A stretch of 27,330 bases of DNA from a virus (Duplodnaviria > Caudoviricetes), in the IMG/VR virus record IMGVR_UViG_3300014158_000007, positions 1 to 27,330 of that record. The stretch is one strand, 5' to 3'. A program made the translations under genes and the position numbers. Below are positions 23,642-27,330 of this stretch, one piece after another. Under the pieces are notes generated by a model. The model did not search any database. It was given only the letters and a program-made list of their open reading frames with translations, and had not been told where the DNA came from. How positions within the stretch are numbered: position 1 is the first letter of the stretch; each line of letters begins with the position of its first letter.

Positions 23642-25606
23642 ATGGCTCAACGTATCTGTCTCAATGCCATCGTACGCAACGAACTTGCGAACCTTCCTCG
23701 CATGCTCAAGTCTGTCATTCCTCATATTCACTGTGCGGTAATTTGTGATACTGGCTCTACCGATGGGACGCCTGAGTTCTGCGAAGCTATTTTTAAGGAG
23801 GCTGGTTTACCTTGTAAGATTGTCCACACCGAATTTAAGGATTTCTCTCAAGCCCGCAACTTTGCACTCTTGGCTGCGAAGACGTGGCATCAGCCATATG
23901 ACTACATTCTGCTGGTCGATGCCGATATGGAATTGGTGGCAGACAAGCCTCTGCCACAGTTGACGGCCGATGGATACTCGCTCATTCAGCGACAGGGTGG
24001 GCTGGCATATCACAATGTACGGTTGGTGCGGAAGGATAGTCCCGCTCTTTATCATGGTGTGACCCATGAATACATTGGAGTAAACAATCCCCCTCTTTTG
24101 AATGAATGGCACTTTGTGGACCATGCGACTGGTTCTAACAGACCGGAGAAAATTGAACGTGACACACGCCTCTTGGAAGGCTATCTTGCTACTCACCCTG
24201 ATGATGCCCGCTCTTTGTTCTACTTGGCCCAGACCCATAAAGATGCTGGCAAGTTTAAGGAAGCGATTGCGGCGTATGAAAAGCGCATCGCGGTAGGAGG
24301 GTGGGACGAGGAAGTGCTTCAAGCGCGGCTTAATGTCGCACGCTGTTATAGGTCCATGGGTGACGAGGCGACTTTTATACTCAAGTCGCTAGAAGCGTAT
24401 AACTCGCGTCCGAAACGGGCCGAGCCGCTGTATGATCTTGCCCACCATTACCGGTTGAAAGATAACCAGCAACAGACTGGCTGGCTCTTTGCAGAAGCTG
24501 GCTCCAAAATTCCATACCCCGACGATATGCTGTTCGTGGAACAGTATATGTACGACTGGGGGTTCTTGGAGGAAAAGTCGATACTGGGGTTCTATAGCGA
24601 TAAGACAAAGCCTATAGGCTTCGCAGCTTGTGATAAGCTTTCCCTTATGAAGGAAGCACCGCAGGGGGTGCGAGAAGGAGCCCGGACTAACCTGTTCCAC
24701 TATCTCCGACCCCTCAAGGATTATGCATCGTCGTTCAAGACTAAGCGCATTCAGTATGCGGGTAAAGATAAAGGTTACAATGAGAGCAATCCATGTGTCA
24801 CTGTCCATAACAACAAGATTTATCTGCTTTTGCGTACAGTCAACTACACGATAACGCCAGACGGTTGGTATGATATGCAGGGGGACACGTCCATCCGGAC
24901 AAAGAACCATCTGTTGCAGCTTGATGATAACCTTGAGCCTACTGGTGGCATTCCTGTTCTCATGCCAGTTGATTGGCCGGCACCACTACGGACCAATGTG
25001 ATGGGCTTCGAGGATATGCGTATCTTCTCCGCTGGGGGAGAGATGTGGACCCTATCCTGTTGTCTGGAACAGAATGAAGAATACTGGCGGGATCAGTGGT
25101 TTGCCCATCTCAGCCTTGATGGGCAGCTAGGAAGCGCACGGCGTATTGATGTTCTACCCAAGCAGAATGAGAAGAACTGGATGCCGTGGGTTGTAGATGA
25201 CCATGACTTTATGTTTGTCTACAAACCTGGGGTGATCATTAACAAAGGGGGCATTAAGATTGTTGAAAAGCCAACTGTTCAGCAGATAGACCACTTCAGC
25301 GGTAGCTCACAGTTGATCCCGTTCGATGCTGGCTACTTGGGCGTTGTGCACGAAGCCTGGAAATCTCCAGTCACCGGTAAACGGTTCTATCAGCACCGTT
25401 TTGCTTACTTTGATAGGGAAGCTATGCCGGTTAAGTATAGCATTCCTTTCTACTTCAATCAGAAAGACATTGAATTTGCTGTAGGTATTGCAAATCATCC
25501 TGATAATGCTGAACGGATCATCGTGTCCTATGGCGTGCTTGATCGGGCAGCATGGATTGGTGAACTGCATGCCAATGATATAAGGAAGGTACTATGGCGG
25601 ATATAA
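23642..25606 (+). CDS. GT2 glycosyltransferase + TPR + C-terminal beta-propeller (glycoside hydrolase-like) fusion
   Basis: IVRNE, DTGSTDGT, DFSQARN, VDAD, GVTHE; TPR (RSLFYLAQT, RAEPLY); C-terminal NP, GFEDMR, EKNWMP, IEFAVG. Confidence 0.88.
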   Translation: MAQRICLNAIVRNELANLPRMLKSVIPHIHCAVICDTGSTDGTPEFCEAIFKEAGLPCKIVHTEFKDFSQARNFALLAAKTWHQPYDYILLVDADMELVADKPLPQLTADGYSLIQRQGGLAYHNVRLVRKDSPALYHGVTHEYIGVNNPPLLNEWHFVDHATGSNRPEKIERDTRLLEGYLATHPDDARSLFYLAQTHKDAGKFKEAIAAYEKRIAVGGWDEEVLQARLNVARCYRSMGDEATFILKSLEAYNSRPKRAEPLYDLAHHYRLKDNQQQTGWLFAEAGSKIPYPDDMLFVEQYMYDWGFLEEKSILGFYSDKTKPIGFAACDKLSLMKEAPQGVREGARTNLFHYLRPLKDYASSFKTKRIQYAGKDKGYNESNPCVTVHNNKIYLLLRTVNYTITPDGWYDMQGDTSIRTKNHLLQLDDNLEPTGGIPVLMPVDWPAPLRTNVMGFEDMRIFSAGGEMWTLSCCLEQNEEYWRDQWFAHLSLDGQLGSARRIDVLPKQNEKNWMPWVVDDHDFMFVYKPGVIINKGGIKIVEKPTVQQIDHFSGSSQLIPFDAGYLGVVHEAWKSPVTGKRFYQHRFAYFDREAMPVKYSIPFYFNQKDIEFAVGIANHPDNAERIIVSYGVLDRAAWIGELHANDIRKVLWRI

Positions 25607-26262
25607 AGGTTGTAACGGGCTATATTCCAATCCCTGGATTTCATCGTGCTGATGAATACAAGGCACTTGGGGAAAAGCTTTTTGAAGCTATCATGCCTCA
25701 TGAAGCACTCGTGTTTGATGATGAACAACAGAAATGGGAAGATACATGGCTTGCGCAACAGGTTCGATCAATTGGGAATGTAACTCATTCTGTTGCTGAT
25801 AATCCAACCAAGAATACTTTAGCTTATCATGCGGTTCAACACCAAAAATTCGCATGGTTAACTATCGCTGCTGAGAATGATAATGGTCCAGCTGATATGT
25901 ATGTTTGGATAGATTATGGCATTTTTCATCTTCCTGACTTGACTGCTAAAGTGGTTAGTGACTATTTGAAACGGGCCCAAGATTATCCAATTGTCACGAT
26001 GCCCGGATGCTGGCCGAAGCGAAACGAAATTCCGCACGATAGCCCTTGCTGGCGATTTTGCGGCGGCCTTATGGCTGTGCCACGTACGCTAGTGAAACCA
26101 TTCACGCGGTTCGCTATGGCGACTGCACTCCGACAGATTATGACTACTAGAAATGTTGAGTTCGAGGTTAATACGTTGGCGAGGGTTGAGTTAGGTGGTC
26201 AAGTACCAATTCAGTGGTATCAGGCGGACCATAATGCCTCCATGTTTACAGGTGCTCCATGA
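25594..26262 (+). CDS. HtrL/YibB-like putative glycosyltransferase
   Basis: VVTGY...QHQK...WIDYGI...PGCW...WRFCGG. Confidence 0.65.
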   Translation: MADIKVVTGYIPIPGFHRADEYKALGEKLFEAIMPHEALVFDDEQQKWEDTWLAQQVRSIGNVTHSVADNPTKNTLAYHAVQHQKFAWLTIAAENDNGPADMYVWIDYGIFHLPDLTAKVVSDYLKRAQDYPIVTMPGCWPKRNEIPHDSPCWRFCGGLMAVPRTLVKPFTRFAMATALRQIMTTRNVEFEVNTLARVELGGQVPIQWYQADHNASMFTGAP

Positions 26263-26513
26263 AGAAAAAGAAGAATAAACATGGACAACTTTTGCGGGTT
26301 ACATGGAAAGATCATGCTGGATCAGCAGGATGGCGTGATGCGTCTGATATATCAATTAAACATGTGAGTGATTGCATAACAGTTGGTTACGTAGTTCACG
26401 AAACAAATAATTGGATTGTTCTAGCGCAAACACATCAAGTTAAGGATCATGATTACCACAGTAATCGTATGTATATCATTAAAAATTGCATCACTAAATG
26501 GGAGCGACTATGA
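26259..26513 (+). CDS. Conserved small phage protein (VTWKD..GW..CITVG)
   Basis: ATGA overlaps at both ends. Confidence 0.7.
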   Translation: MKKKKNKHGQLLRVTWKDHAGSAGWRDASDISIKHVSDCITVGYVVHETNNWIVLAQTHQVKDHDYHSNRMYIIKNCITKWERL

Positions 26514-27238
26514 AACCGCTTGTAGTTACCGGTTGGACGGATTTAGGGTTTAAGCCTCGTCCTGAGCAGCCCGCTTGTTTGCCACAGGAGAAATATGAAA
26601 TCCTGCGGGATGGTCTTGTGGAAGCGGTGGGAGTGGGAAACATTCACAACTTCTGGGAATACCCATACGAAGACCTTTGGGTGCCGAAGGAGTTTGATCT
26701 AACTACGTTGCGGCCGGATACACCTACACCGCAGGACCGGTTCGCGGATAGTTGGCAACACTTGCGCTGTAACGCATGGCAGCATGAGCGTACGACGTTC
26801 GCCATGAAGGCAATGAAAATCCACCCTGATCGTGACGTGATGATATGGCTTGATATCGGCATTCTCAAGCAGGGGTTCTGGAAGAACAACCCTGTCACAA
26901 AGGAAAGTATCACGTGGTTCTTTAATCGGGTGAAAAATACGCCCGGTATGGACATTATCCCGTTTCCTGGTATTCTGGATAAAGGCCCGGTGTATCCAGG
27001 TTTGAATTGCTGGCGTTTTTGTGGTTCGACCCACATCTGGCCTGTGAGGTTCTTACCACAGATTGATAAAACATACAAAGAACAGCTTCGCGGATGGGTT
27101 GAACGCCACCATACCCTGCCGCTTGATCTACCTATCTGGGCACTCACCGAACAACTCAGTGGCTTACCATTCAAATTTTATCAGGCGGAATATGATGACA
27201 CACAGATTTCTAATTATCGATATGGGAGTTTTTCATGA
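26510..27238 (+). CDS. Second HtrL/YibB-like putative glycosyltransferase (paralog of 25594..26262)
   Basis: VVTGW...QHER...WLDIGI...PG...WRFCGS...YQAEYD; start at 26510 by ATGA overlap. Confidence 0.65.
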   Translation: MKPLVVTGWTDLGFKPRPEQPACLPQEKYEILRDGLVEAVGVGNIHNFWEYPYEDLWVPKEFDLTTLRPDTPTPQDRFADSWQHLRCNAWQHERTTFAMKAMKIHPDRDVMIWLDIGILKQGFWKNNPVTKESITWFFNRVKNTPGMDIIPFPGILDKGPVYPGLNCWRFCGSTHIWPVRFLPQIDKTYKEQLRGWVERHHTLPLDLPIWALTEQLSGLPFKFYQAEYDDTQISNYRYGSFS

Positions 27239-27330
27239 GTGAAGATTTACTTAGCCAATTGGCTCGTAAACACCAAACGGACAAAGGTGGCAACCATTTA
27301 ATGTATGGTGGTCAGCCGAGCACTACCTGC
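27235..27330 (+). CDS. Partial gene, possibly a SAM-dependent sugar O-methyltransferase
   Basis: Hand translation MSEDLLSQLARKHQTDKGGNH...; L..LA.K..TDK is a typical N-terminus of such methyltransferases, but only 32 codons are visible. Confidence 0.45.
   Translation, partial: MSEDLLSQLARKHQTDKGGNHLMYGGQPSTTC

Noticed and set aside
1-27330. Prophage integration or stop-codon reassignment
   Set aside because: No integrase or host genes in the window, and the long genes read intact in the standard code with all three stops used.

Overview
Segment of a tailed dsDNA phage genome (Caudoviricetes; host probably alphaproteobacterial, inferred from a CtrA-like protein and CtrA-type boxes). Left arm (1-9247, minus strand): replication/early genes, including a partial nucleoside 2-deoxyribosyltransferase-like gene, a family A DNA polymerase whose ExoI motif is one base out of frame, an HNH endonuclease, many small hypothetical genes, a pentapeptide-repeat protein and a DUF932 protein. 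A ~1.45 kb gap without protein genes (9248-10724) marks the strand switch. It holds symmetric inverted repeats, octamer repeats, a perfect TTAA-N7-TTAA box, a tRNA-shaped RNA with a hairpin in its anticodon loop, tRNA-Pro(TGG), and a structured ~170-nt RNA candidate between two identical 32-bp promoters. Right arm: small membrane/secreted proteins, a DUF1906-type lysin, a SprT-like protein, a CtrA-like winged-helix protein, an inverted terS-phosphoesterase-terL operon divergent from the portal gene, endonuclease VII, two GPT-rich collagen-like proteins and a glycosyltransferase/methyltransferase cluster. All family calls come from motif recognition by eye; no searches or folding programs were run.
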